Source: Bdellovibrionales bacterium
Lineage (GTDB): Bacteria > Bdellovibrionota > Bdellovibrionia > Bdellovibrionales > UBA1609
Length of the DNA: 64,000 bases
Assembly: GCA_965203935.1 (NCBI GenBank)
Contig: OZ241921.1
Span: forward strand, 839,354-903,353
Direction: 5' to 3'
The notes beneath the pieces are model-generated. The model had not been told where the DNA came from, searched no databases, and saw nothing but the letters and a program-made list of their open reading frames with translations. Shown piece by piece: positions 37,804 through 46,842 of this stretch. How positions within the stretch are numbered: the first letter of the stretch is position 1; the number at the start of each line of letters is the position of its first letter. The position numbers were made by a program, and so were the translations under genes.

Positions 37804-38652
37804 TTAGAAAAATTGGTCTCCTGAAAGGCCCATGCGGGCGCGGATAATTCTTATCACCTCTCCCGCTGTTTCCTCTAAAGCTCTGTCTGTGACATTGATC
37901 ACGGGCCATCTGCGTTTTTCAAAAATTTCTCTTGAATAGTTCATCTCTTTTAGAATATGCGCTCTGTCTGCGTATTCCCGATTAAAATTCCAGCCGAATT
38001 TTTTTAATCTGTTTTTTCTGATTTTTATCAGATTATCTGTATCAATGGTAAGACCTATGATTTTTCTGTAATCCACATCGGAAAGAGCTTGAGGAAGAGG
38101 TATACCCAAAACCAAAGGCACATTGGCCACCTTCCAGCCTTTAAAGCTTAAGTAAATGGACAAAGGGGTTTTACTGGTCCGGCTGACCCCCACCAGCACA
38201 ATGTCCGCGTCTTTCAGCCGGCCTGCAGCCTTTCCGTCATCGTGACGGAGAGAAAACTCGGTCGCGGAAATTCTTTTAAAATAATCCTCATCCACACTTC
38301 TTAAAAGGCCCGGTTTTTTTTCTTTATTGCTTTCCAATACGCCGTCAAAGTTTTGAAAAAGCGGCCCCAAGAGGTCAATGCTTTTGATGTTTTCTTTACC
38401 GCTTATTTCTTGAATGGTTTTTCGCATTTCAGGTAAAACCATAGTGTAGATTAAAAGGCTTTTTTCACGGTCTTGTATTTTTTGAAAGGAAGATAAAATT
38501 TGCTCTTTTGTTCTGATGTTCTGATGGCGGATAATGTTTACCTGATCCTGCTTATACTGCACCAACACCGCCTGCGCAACGGCGCCTGCGGTTTCTCCGG
38601 TGCCGTCAGACATAATATGAAGTGTAAAGTCCGGTTTTGTTTTTTCGCTCAT
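37804..38652 (-). CDS. ppsR: phosphoenolpyruvate synthase / pyruvate phosphate dikinase regulatory protein (bifunctional kinase-pyrophosphorylase, DUF299)
   Basis: N-terminus has HIMSDGTGETAGAVAQAV. The P-loop-like motif ADIVLVGVSRTSKTPLSIYLSFKGWKVANVPLV is the PSRP family hallmark. Confidence 0.78.
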   Translation of the reverse strand: MSEKTKPDFTLHIMSDGTGETAGAVAQAVLVQYKQDQVNIIRHQNIRTKEQILSSFQKIQDREKSLLIYTMVLPEMRKTIQEISGKENIKSIDLLGPLFQNFDGVLESNKEKKPGLLRSVDEDYFKRISATEFSLRHDDGKAAGRLKDADIVLVGVSRTSKTPLSIYLSFKGWKVANVPLVLGIPLPQALSDVDYRKIIGLTIDTDNLIKIRKNRLKKFGWNFNREYADRAHILKEMNYSREIFEKRRWPVINVTDRALEETAGEVIRIIRARMGLSGDQFF

Positions 38653-38661
38653 TCAGGTATC

Positions 38662-39057
38662 TCACAAATTGATTTTTCCCTCTTGATATATCACACACTG
38701 AACCACCGCGCCCGCTGTGTCAGAGCGCCACCTTTTTGCCACTTTTTCTTTATCTTTTGTTTTTTGTGGCATAAAAATCCGCAAAGAGGGTCTGTTTAAA
38801 CCCTTCCATATATTGTATACTGTATTCGGCCATTCAGCGGTATAACTTATTTGCAAGGTCCAAAGGTTAGGCAAAAAGCGGGAGCTTTCCAGCAGAAGAG
38901 GGGAGGCGAGCGAAGCGCTGTGTTTTGTGATCTGAAACCTTAGATACCAGTCTATTACCGCGCTGTAGGGGTTTTCTTCAAATCCGGCCACGGCCCAAAG
39001 GTCCGCCCCTTTTTTAAAGGCTGAATCAGGATGAAGAAACTGCACTTCGTGTGTCAT
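38662..39057 (-). CDS. hypothetical protein (131 aa)
   Basis: ORF lying between the ppsR-like gene and nusB, in the same orientation. No motif recognised. Confidence 0.35.
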   Translation of the reverse strand: MTHEVQFLHPDSAFKKGADLWAVAGFEENPYSAVIDWYLRFQITKHSASLASPLLLESSRFLPNLWTLQISYTAEWPNTVYNIWKGLNRPSLRIFMPQKTKDKEKVAKRWRSDTAGAVVQCVIYQEGKINL

Positions 39058-39530
39058 TTTTCACCCACGGCAGGGGTTATTGTTTTTGGCTCCTGCAAAG
39101 GGGCTAAGAGCTGTTTGTTCCGCGTATGCGGAAATCTTTTTGAAATATCATCTAAATGGCCGTTAACAAAACGAAAAGAGTCCTCAGCGCCGTAGATTTT
39201 GGCCATTTCCACAGATTCATCAATACAGACTTTAAAGGGAACAGGGGGGGTGGCGTAAAGCATTTCGTAAAGGGCTATTCTCATGATATTAAGATCAATG
39301 AGGGATATTCTTTCCATTTTCCACGACTTACTGCTTTGCTTTATTTGCCGGTCAATTTCCCCTCTGTATTGCTCCACCCCCTTTAACAGCCTGCTTACAT
39401 GAGCGCGGGTCGTTTTGCTTAAACCGGATAGTTCTTTTTTACAGTTTTTATTTTCTTTATTAAATTCCCGCCCGTAAAGAATTTTAAGAGCGATTTCCCG
39501 GGCTTTGCTTTTTTTGGTTTTGTGTTTCAT
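39054..39530 (-). CDS. nusB: transcription antitermination factor NusB
   Basis: KSKAREIALKILYGREF...ERISLIDLNIMRIALYEMLY...PFKVCIDESVEMAKIYGAEDSFRFVNGHLD follows the conserved NusB pattern. Confidence 0.85.
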   Translation of the reverse strand: MKHKTKKSKAREIALKILYGREFNKENKNCKKELSGLSKTTRAHVSRLLKGVEQYRGEIDRQIKQSSKSWKMERISLIDLNIMRIALYEMLYATPPVPFKVCIDESVEMAKIYGAEDSFRFVNGHLDDISKRFPHTRNKQLLAPLQEPKTITPAVGEK

Positions 39531-39603
39531 AACAGCTTTGGAAGATAGCAGGTTTTTTTTCGTTAGGCAATTTAAAACCTGTGGGGTTTATAGCCCGTGA
39601 GGT

Positions 39604-42522
39604 TTAAATACCGGCTTGAAATTGAAAGCCCAAATAAAAATTGTTTTCCGGTTGCTTGTTCAGCCCTCCCTCCTTGGCTGGGGATCTTTGTTTTGTCTCT
39701 TGAGTGAAAAAAGACAGAAAAGAGTTTAAAGAATGGCTCCAGCCGGAATAAACATGGATTTTAGCCTTCACTTTATGATGAATAAGGATGCCGGTTTTTA
39801 TTCCGAAAGTCCATTCCACAAAATGAGGGTACTCTTGTTTGTCGTTATCCAGAAAACGAAGATACCTGCCTCCCAAAGTGGGAGTCAGGCTTATTAAAGA
39901 AAGGGGAAAGCGCGCAAAGTAAAGAGGGACTTCAATAAATTTTTGAAGCTTCAGTCCGGCGGAAAGATAGTCGTTTGTCTCTTCAAATATTCTTCTCCCG
40001 ACAGGAAAACTCAGAGAATTTAAAAATTCCATTCTTCTGTCTGCGCTTAAAGGGAGGAAATACCGAAAAGGCAGTGACTTGGGCTTTAGGGCGCGTTGAT
40101 AGGTAAAAAAAGGTGTTGTGTAAAACTCCCAGCCCCAATTTACAGTATAGTGGGATTTTGTTTTTAAGCGCCAGCTGTAAAGCTCATTTGAGAGGCCGAG
40201 CCGGTACTGTAAAGAGACTTCAGTAAAAAACTTTCTGTGAAAATCAAAGTTTTGACTGTACTTTCTCCCGTATTGCAGTTGTAAAGAAGGCTCCATACTT
40301 AAGTGATAAGTCGTATGATTTTGCAGTTGATTTTGCCGGGGCTTTAGTTCTAAAGAGGATAAGGCGTTTTTCCAATACAAACGGGACTTCCAGTATCCGG
40401 TTTTAAAAAAAGGAAAAGAAAAGCCCTGGCTTAACTCATGAATATAAGCGTAAGTTCGGGAACCGGAAAAATTTTCAGGGCCTTCACTGTAAATATGCTG
40501 TATATCCCAAGACAGGCGGTACGCCTGATTTGTATACTTGCTTCGGATGGCCCAATTTTCATACGATGCCTGATAAGTGAACTGAATGGAGTTGTAGGCC
40601 ATTGGGTCGCTGAAAGTGATGCCGAAGGTGCCGTTATACCCTGTAATGGCATCGTAGAACCCCCCTAACTCCAGACCGTTAAAGCGGAGGCGCCAAAGAG
40701 AATAATAAGTGGAGTAAGAAATATCGTTTGAGCTTTTATAAGACGCTGTTTCTTCCGGCCGGGAGGAAACAAGTTTGGTCTGAGGAAAAGAGTAATCGTA
40801 AAAAGCCGGTGCTTCCGGCCGTTCCTGCAGAGGTATCATCTTATAGCTGTAAGAATCCGGCTCCAGTTCGCAGACCAAAAACCGGTCTTTATTTCCCCGC
40901 ACGGCGTTCACCACCACATCGGAAGAGGAAAGCCGGTAAATGCCCCCGCCTGGGATCCAGGCGAACAAGGAAGATCCGTACAAAGTGGCTGAAATAAAGT
41001 AGACAATTCCTTGTTCGTCTATTTCCACCGGCTTTCCGTAAAAGCCCTTGAATTGAAAAACAGGCTCTTTGTTTTTATACATTACCCGCCGGTCCCCGTC
41101 CTGTTTAAAGTAATACACTTTTCCATCGGGGCCGAAAAGGGCGGGGGAGTGGGTATAATCATAAAACTTTCCGTTTAGCAGAAGGCGAAAGCCGCTCATG
41201 TTGTCTGAGGTGTCAATCGAAAGAACATCATTGCCTCTGATATCCTGCACGCTTTGGGATTTGTATTTATTTATCATATACATACCTTCAGAAAAAAGCC
41301 CGTAAGCTCTTTGTGTGGTGTTTATTTTATCGGACGAGGAGACATAATATTCATTTCCGATTTTAAACACCTTTCCTGATTTGAATACTTTTCTTTGTCT
41401 TTTCCATTTGCCGGTTTTGAGGTTAAAAACACTTAAAACGGGAGTGCTTTTTAAGTCCGGGCTGAGAAAAAAAATCTCATCGCCTTTTTTATTAAACGGC
41501 GGGCAGGTTCTGCTGTGGAACAAAGCAGGCTCCTTAGACTGGTTTTGCTGACCGGCCAGAGGAAGATAAGTTTGAATATAATGGTTTGTCAGGCTTTCAA
41601 AACTGCGGTCAAAAGTGGATTCAAAAGCGCTTTTTACAGAAACAAAAGCCAAAGGAAACATAAAATACTCAGCGTGGTTTTTAAACATGCTGTTAATGGT
41701 TTTCAGCTTGTATTTTTTTAAAAGAGAGTTAAAAAAATACGCGCCGTGAAAGTAAGGCTGTTGCGTGCTGAAAGTGTCTTCTGTAATATTGACAAGATAA
41801 TTTTTTATAAAGTGATTTGTATTTTTGAATTTGTGTTTTATTTGGGAAAAAACAAGAGCGCGCACAAAACCGCTGTAAAGCCTCCCCCCCGGCGCAAATA
41901 AAGACTCGTTAAGTGTGGCGTGCCCCTCCAGAAGAAACAAAGGCATAACCATATTGACATTAAAAAAAACAGGCAGAGGAATAAAAATAACTTCTGAGTT
42001 TCCGAATATTTTGTTCAGGTATTTTAAGTGTGGTGAAGTTTGCCCCAACTGAAATACATGGGCCATTTCATGTGCGATAACTGTATCCGCCCAAGAAATG
42101 TTGGACATATTTTGCATCATATCCACGCCCGTGGGGTAGAACAACGCTCTTAAAAAAGGCACAGCGGAGGTGGAGGCGTTGGAAATTTGATTTTGGGAGG
42201 AGGCGAAAATATATACGGGCTTTTGTTTTAATTTGCTGTTAAAAAACTCTTGATATACATCATTGTAATAATGAAGTTTTTTGTGTAAAAGATTTTTTTT
42301 GTCCCCTTCTAAAAAGCTTTCACTGAAGATAAAAGAAAAAGAAGGGTTATTGTGTATGTAGTAGTCTGTATCGCTTGGTTGAACCTTCGTTCGGCCGGGC
42401 GCGCAAAAGGGGAGCGAAAACAATATAAAGCACAAAATAGGGGCAAAACGAAATCGTGGACGCACAAGATACGCGAGGTATGCAGGGCGCACAAGGTGGG
42501 AGTTACAGCTTGGTTTTTTCAT
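39604..42522 (-). CDS. large (972 aa) exported protein with an HExxH zinc-metallopeptidase-like motif
   Basis: Hydrophobic N-terminus. Only one HExxH motif is present (TVIAHEMAHVFQLGQ). The rest is a long Tyr/Gly/Ser-rich region suggestive of beta-rich structure. Function unknown. Confidence 0.45.
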   Translation of the reverse strand: MKKPSCNSHLVRPAYLAYLVRPRFRFAPILCFILFSLPFCAPGRTKVQPSDTDYYIHNNPSFSFIFSESFLEGDKKNLLHKKLHYYNDVYQEFFNSKLKQKPVYIFASSQNQISNASTSAVPFLRALFYPTGVDMMQNMSNISWADTVIAHEMAHVFQLGQTSPHLKYLNKIFGNSEVIFIPLPVFFNVNMVMPLFLLEGHATLNESLFAPGGRLYSGFVRALVFSQIKHKFKNTNHFIKNYLVNITEDTFSTQQPYFHGAYFFNSLLKKYKLKTINSMFKNHAEYFMFPLAFVSVKSAFESTFDRSFESLTNHYIQTYLPLAGQQNQSKEPALFHSRTCPPFNKKGDEIFFLSPDLKSTPVLSVFNLKTGKWKRQRKVFKSGKVFKIGNEYYVSSSDKINTTQRAYGLFSEGMYMINKYKSQSVQDIRGNDVLSIDTSDNMSGFRLLLNGKFYDYTHSPALFGPDGKVYYFKQDGDRRVMYKNKEPVFQFKGFYGKPVEIDEQGIVYFISATLYGSSLFAWIPGGGIYRLSSSDVVVNAVRGNKDRFLVCELEPDSYSYKMIPLQERPEAPAFYDYSFPQTKLVSSRPEETASYKSSNDISYSTYYSLWRLRFNGLELGGFYDAITGYNGTFGITFSDPMAYNSIQFTYQASYENWAIRSKYTNQAYRLSWDIQHIYSEGPENFSGSRTYAYIHELSQGFSFPFFKTGYWKSRLYWKNALSSLELKPRQNQLQNHTTYHLSMEPSLQLQYGRKYSQNFDFHRKFFTEVSLQYRLGLSNELYSWRLKTKSHYTVNWGWEFYTTPFFTYQRALKPKSLPFRYFLPLSADRRMEFLNSLSFPVGRRIFEETNDYLSAGLKLQKFIEVPLYFARFPLSLISLTPTLGGRYLRFLDNDKQEYPHFVEWTFGIKTGILIHHKVKAKIHVYSGWSHSLNSFLSFFTQETKQRSPAKEGGLNKQPENNFYLGFQFQAGI

Positions 42523-42528
42523 GCTTTT

Positions 42529-43857
42529 TTATTCAAGCCGGACTTTTTCGGAGCGGGCCAAGAACAATGCCGCTACAGAGTCCCCCGTGACATTAGTCAC
42601 AGTGCGACACATATCCAAAAGACGATCCACACCTATAATCAGAGCTATCCCTTCCGCCGGTATGTTTAAAGAGGCCATTGCCGCGATTAAAATCGGGATG
42701 GAGCCACCAGGCACCCCGGCCACTCCAATGGAAGTAATAAGGACTAAAATTACGAGAGTAAAATGCTCCATAAGGGAAAGATCCACACCAAAGACCTGCG
42801 CGATAAATAAGGCTGCTACAACTTCAAACAAGGCGGTTCCGTCCATATTGACGGTAACACCGATGGGAACGCTGAAAGTGGTGATGCTGTCGGGCACGCC
42901 AAAAGATTTTTCCAATGTGCGGATGGTCACCGGCATAGTGGCCGCAGAAGAGCTGGTGCTGAACGCGGTTAGAAAAATGGGCATGGCTTTTTTATAAAAT
43001 TGAAAGGGGGATATTTTGAGAAAACACTTGAGAATCAAACCATACACAATAAAAAACTGTATCAACAAAGCAACGGCCACAATTGAAACATATTTTATAA
43101 CTTTTACCATAATTTCCAGCCCGAAGTTGGCGACCACTTCAATCATCAGCGCCGCTACGGCGTAGGGGGCGATTTTCATAATCCAGCCCACAATTTTTAT
43201 GGAAATTTCCGAAAGGGTGGAGAAAAAACCCACAAAGGCTGTTTTTGGAGGGCCGTTTTGCATGGCCAAAAGGGCCATTCCAAACAAAATGGACACAAAA
43301 ATAATGGCCAGCATATTGGCCTTGGAATATTCACGCAAAATGTTTGTGGGAATAATCTTGCCGACAATGCCCGGCCAAAGTGATTTTCCCACCCATGAGC
43401 TTTTTTCTTTATAGTCCGCCACTTTGTCTTTTTCTTTTTCAATCAACTGCTGTGTCACTTCTTCAGAAAAGCCCACCCCCGGTTGAAAGCTGTTAATCAT
43501 GCCTTGGCCTATCAAAATAGCGCAAAAAGTGGTGCTCATATAGAAAAGAAGAACTTTCCAGCCAAGCTTTTTCAGCAGTTCTCCGCTTCCGAGGTTCACC
43601 ACACCCACTAAAAGAGAACCGACCACAAGAGGCACGATCACCATCTTAAGGGAGTTAAGGAAAATATCGCCTAAAGGCTCAATCAGGTTGCGTAGCAACC
43701 CGTTGCGAAGGGGACTTGCCCCCCATTCATGGAACAGAAATCCGATAAGGGTTCCTATGACAAGGCCGATAAAGATGCCCCAGCTGGATAAGGAACCGGC
43801 GGAAGGTTTTTGTGACGACATGGGAATAAAAATATAACGGCTGAAACCAAAAATCAA
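42529..43857 (-). CDS. dicarboxylate/amino acid:cation symporter (DAACS family, GltP/DctA-like)
   Basis: Multiple TM helices. Family motifs include FVSILFGMALLAM, TSSSAATMPVT and GTALFEVVAALFIAQVFG. Length 442 aa. Confidence 0.8.
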   Translation of the reverse strand: MIFGFSRYIFIPMSSQKPSAGSLSSWGIFIGLVIGTLIGFLFHEWGASPLRNGLLRNLIEPLGDIFLNSLKMVIVPLVVGSLLVGVVNLGSGELLKKLGWKVLLFYMSTTFCAILIGQGMINSFQPGVGFSEEVTQQLIEKEKDKVADYKEKSSWVGKSLWPGIVGKIIPTNILREYSKANMLAIIFVSILFGMALLAMQNGPPKTAFVGFFSTLSEISIKIVGWIMKIAPYAVAALMIEVVANFGLEIMVKVIKYVSIVAVALLIQFFIVYGLILKCFLKISPFQFYKKAMPIFLTAFSTSSSAATMPVTIRTLEKSFGVPDSITTFSVPIGVTVNMDGTALFEVVAALFIAQVFGVDLSLMEHFTLVILVLITSIGVAGVPGGSIPILIAAMASLNIPAEGIALIIGVDRLLDMCRTVTNVTGDSVAALFLARSEKVRLE

Positions 43858-43869
43858 TTTTTTTTAACA

Positions 43870-44190
43870 GACGACTACTTTAGTCGGGGGTGAAAAACCC
43901 TTGCTCTTTAGCTGTTTTTGTCCAAAGTCCGCACCGTTTCGGGCTGAAAGCTCTGAAAGGCAAGCCTTTGCCTTTCAGTATAGGGCTTTCAGTTTTACGC
44001 AAAAACAAAGAAGAACGGAAGGCCAAATTGTTGGCCTTCCGCCTCACGGCACGGACTTTGGACAAAAATGCTAAGGGGGCACTTGTTTACGGACGACTAC
44101 TTTAGTCTTAAGCGGTGAGAGTTAAATCGTATTCCGTCTCGAACAAGCTTGGACTTTGCTTTTGAGACATAATTTAAAAGGGTTTTCACA
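43870..44190. repeat. mosaic palindromic repeat cluster R4 (hairpin unit with two nested small hairpins in its loop, plus a chimeric second unit)
   Basis: The junction acgactactttagtcgggggtgaaaaacc is followed by ttgtccaaagtccgcac cgtttcggg. The loop carries [ctgaaagctctgaaaggcaagcctttgcctttcagtatagggctttcag ttttacgc ... gaaggccaaattgttggccttccgc] ctcacggc acggactttggacaa. A junction follows, then cttaagc-[ggtgagagttaaatcgtattccgtctcgaa]-caagcttggactttgc. Confidence 0.75.
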
Positions 44191-44336
44191 GATGACGCGG
44201 GTCGCTAAAATTGGTTTGGCGAAAGGGTATTGACAAAAAAAAGCTTATCTGTTAGCCTGCTTGCGAGGTTTTGTTCCCGAAAAAGGGAAAAATATCGTTT
44301 ATTTGCTTAAAATACAAAAAACTAAGGAGGACTAAA

Positions 44337-44789
44337 GTGAGTGTTTCTGTAAACCCCGGATTATATCAACCAAACACAAGTAAAGCGAACCCTGTGAGAG
44401 CCTTTTCTTCCGTTATGGAGGATGAGGATATCGCCCACTTGGATAAAATTAAAAATATACTGGATGTGGATGAGTCTCAGCATCCCTCATTTGTTTTGGC
44501 CAAAAACAAGGCCCGTTTCAGAAAAAAGCTGACATGGTACAAGTCTAAAAAAGATTGGCTGGATGTGGCTCCTGTATACAAGGTGAACAAGCTTTTTAAA
44601 CAACAATCCAAGGAGCTGGAGTGCATTCGTTCCAACAAGATGGACTATGAAATGGAGCTGGAGACCTGCTCTCTTACTCCCAGTCAGCGCTCTCACCGCA
44701 AAGATGAGCTGAAAATGTGCAAAATTCACGAAAAAATGGCCATTCAGCTGATTACAAAAATGCAGCTAAAGTTTAAACTTTGTCGCTGA
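44337..44789 (+). CDS. hypothetical protein (about 150 aa)
   Basis: The probable GTG start at 44337 is preceded by aaggagg. It lies between repeat clusters R4 and R5. No motif recognised. Confidence 0.35.
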   Translation: MSVSVNPGLYQPNTSKANPVRAFSSVMEDEDIAHLDKIKNILDVDESQHPSFVLAKNKARFRKKLTWYKSKKDWLDVAPVYKVNKLFKQQSKELECIRSNKMDYEMELETCSLTPSQRSHRKDELKMCKIHEKMAIQLITKMQLKFKLCR

Positions 44790-44946
44790 TTTCAGCAAAG
44801 TGTAACTTTTTCTAAAAACAGCACAAAATAGCTTTAAAACTTGATTTTTCGGGTTTTAAAGCTTTTTGGCTGTTTGTCACAGTCTTGAAAAACCCGCTTT
44901 TCAATAGGAAAAGGATATGATAAAATGTTATTATTATACTTAGTAT

Positions 44947-45097
44947 AATAATTAGTCGCCCGTGATAAACACCTGTAAATTATGTCTCAAAAGCAAAGCC
45001 AAGCGGTGAGGGTCCAAGGTATTCCGTCCCGAACAAGCTTGGCTTTGCTTTTGAGACCATGCAGTTTAGTAGCCTTTTTCACGCCCGACTAATTAAG
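44947..45097. repeat. mosaic palindromic repeat cluster R5
   Basis: The junction taattagtcgcccgtgataaa is followed by tctcaaaagcaaagccaagc-[ggtgagggtccaaggtattccgtcccgaacaa]-gcttggctttgcttttgagac. It ends ...agtttagtagcctttttcacgcccgactaatta. Confidence 0.8.
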
Positions 45098-45107
45098 AGG
45101 CTGTAGT

Positions 45108-45308
45108 ATGGACATAACTTTAAATGTGACTTTATTAACAGCTTTAATGGCTTTGCTTTTGACAGGCAGTATTTTTTTAGTTGGTTTTCTGGCATTACTT
45201 TTGACTGCCTTCAATGCTATGTTGAAATCAAAGACACAACCTTTGGAAACCCGTATGGATCGCATAGAGTCCAAACTTGATCAGTTAATTCCCAAGCAAA
45301 GAGCTTGA
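45108..45308 (+). CDS. small single-TM membrane protein (66 aa)
   Basis: TALMALLLTGSIFLVGFLALLLTAF is a TM helix, followed by a charged tail. The ORF sits between repeat clusters R5 and R6. Coding status uncertain. Confidence 0.3.
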   Translation: MDITLNVTLLTALMALLLTGSIFLVGFLALLLTAFNAMLKSKTQPLETRMDRIESKLDQLIPKQRA

Positions 45309-45324
45309 ACAGTCGGCAAGGGGT

Positions 45325-45466
45325 TTAATTAGTCGGGGGTGAAAAACCTTGCTCTTTAGCTGTTTTTGTCCAAAGTCCGCACCGTTTCGGGACGGAATAC
45401 CTTGGACCCTCACGGCACGGACTTTGGACAAAAATGCTCAAGGGGGTACTTTTTCACGGGCTATTA
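45325..45466. repeat. mosaic palindromic repeat cluster R6
   Basis: The junction gtttaattagtcgggggtgaaaaacc is followed by ttgtccaaagtccgcac-[cgtttcgggacggaataccttggaccctcacgg]-cacggactttggacaa. It ends ctttttcacgggctattaaaaaag. Confidence 0.8.
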
Positions 45467-45564
45467 AAAAAGTTTTATTGCCCGGCCACTGTATGTAAAT
45501 TTTACACCTTCACAAATAAAGCTTGCCGGATTTGTGCTTTTTATGTATTAAGTCCGGTACAATG

Positions 45565-46413
45565 AAACTTATCTTTATATTTTTTTCCTGTTTTTTAGCT
45601 CACGGCCAAGCCTTTGCTCAAACAAACAATCCTTTAACACCCCGGCGGATAAGTTATGATACATGCGGGACTGATTTTATTACAGAAAATAAACGCACAA
45701 TGGAGATGTTGCCTTATAACAAATATCCGTGGGGAATGTGTTTCAATGAATATAACCACTTTTCCTATAATGAAAGAAAATGGACAAGGGAGGCTATGAG
45801 CAAGTGGAATATTGGATATGACAATTATAAGATAAGAAGGTGGGGATATGGGGGTTATCAAAATATGTACAATATCCCTAACGGAAAACTGTTTATTGAG
45901 TCTTGCGATAGTGACAAATACAATATTATTCACCTAAAAAAAGAAGATTTAAGACACAGGAAGGCAATAGCTTATTACAGTGCGATTGACACTATATGGG
46001 ACGGGGAGTATTTTTATGGAAAAATAATAATGACCGATTGGAAAGATTGGACGAAAGCTCACTTTATAAATGTTATGATCCATGAAATGGGCCATGCCCT
46101 CGGACTTCCACATGTTATGGATCATGGGAGATATGAGAGGTATAAAAATTTATCCGAGTTTATGATCCCGCGGGGTTTTGGCTGTAAAAATTATTGGATA
46201 GATAATATTTGCAAATTTACAGACTATGATTTTGAGGCTTTTATTGTGCCTTTTCCGGGACGGCCTATGACTAAGGCGGAAGATATAGATCGAATCAAAC
46301 AGCTTGCGGAGGAGAATGAAAGGCGAGCACAATTTAGTAGAACTTGGTATTGTCCTGGAAGAAAAACTGGATATGGCTTTAGTTTTAGTACAGCAGGCTG
46401 TAGGATGTATTAA
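45565..46413 (+). CDS. secreted metzincin-type zinc metalloprotease
   Basis: Start reassigned to MKLIFIFFSCFLAHGQAFAQ (signal peptide). HEMGHALGLPH is the extended metzincin HExxHxxGxxH motif. Confidence 0.6.
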   Translation, partial: KLIFIFFSCFLAHGQAFAQTNNPLTPRRISYDTCGTDFITENKRTMEMLPYNKYPWGMCFNEYNHFSYNERKWTREAMSKWNIGYDNYKIRRWGYGGYQNMYNIPNGKLFIESCDSDKYNIIHLKKEDLRHRKAIAYYSAIDTIWDGEYFYGKIIMTDWKDWTKAHFINVMIHEMGHALGLPHVMDHGRYERYKNLSEFMIPRGFGCKNYWIDNICKFTDYDFEAFIVPFPGRPMTKAEDIDRIKQLAEENERRAQFSRTWYCPGRKTGYGFSFSTAGCRMY

Positions 46414-46414
46414 A

Positions 46415-46765
46415 ATGAAATACATAATAGTTTTTATTTTTTTCTTTTTGTTTGTGTCTTGCGAGGATTGTATAAAGGCTGATCCCTCCACTTCTTACGA
46501 CAAAAGGTGTAGAGTCTTTGAAAAAGAGGCATGGAAAAAAGGAAGAGAAACCGGAGTGTGTTATAAAGTCCCTGAAGGTGAAGCGATGTTGTCAAGTGAA
46601 GTTGAGAAACTTCACCCTAATCCAGAGGCTTGCGAAGCTATACATGCAGAGGCAAAGAAAAAGTGTGATGCTTTACCGCCCGCAGGTCCCGGTGATATGG
46701 TGTATACAAGCGGTTCAGCTTTTTATAAAGGCGGCAAACCTATCTGTCCCCCCTCTAAAAAATGA
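46415..46765 (+). CDS. small Cys-rich lipoprotein (116 aa)
   Basis: ATG at 46415. MKYIIVFIFFFLFVSC carries a lipobox. A partial duplicate of its first 26 codons follows at 46764-46842. Confidence 0.4.
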   Translation: MKYIIVFIFFFLFVSCEDCIKADPSTSYDKRCRVFEKEAWKKGRETGVCYKVPEGEAMLSSEVEKLHPNPEACEAIHAEAKKKCDALPPAGPGDMVYTSGSAFYKGGKPICPPSKK

Positions 46766-46842
46766 AATACATAATAATTTTTATTTTTTTCTTTTTGTTT
46801 GTGTCTTGCGAGGATTGCATAAAAGCCGTCCTCTCATCTTAA
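46764..46842 (+). repeat. tandem partial duplicate of the lipoprotein gene 5' end (signal sequence only, ends in stop)
   Basis: aatgaaatacataataatttttattttttt ctttttgtttgtgtcttgcgaggattgcataaaagc is repeated from 46412-46480. It encodes MKYIIIFIFFFLFVSCEDCIKAVLSS*. Confidence 0.6.
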
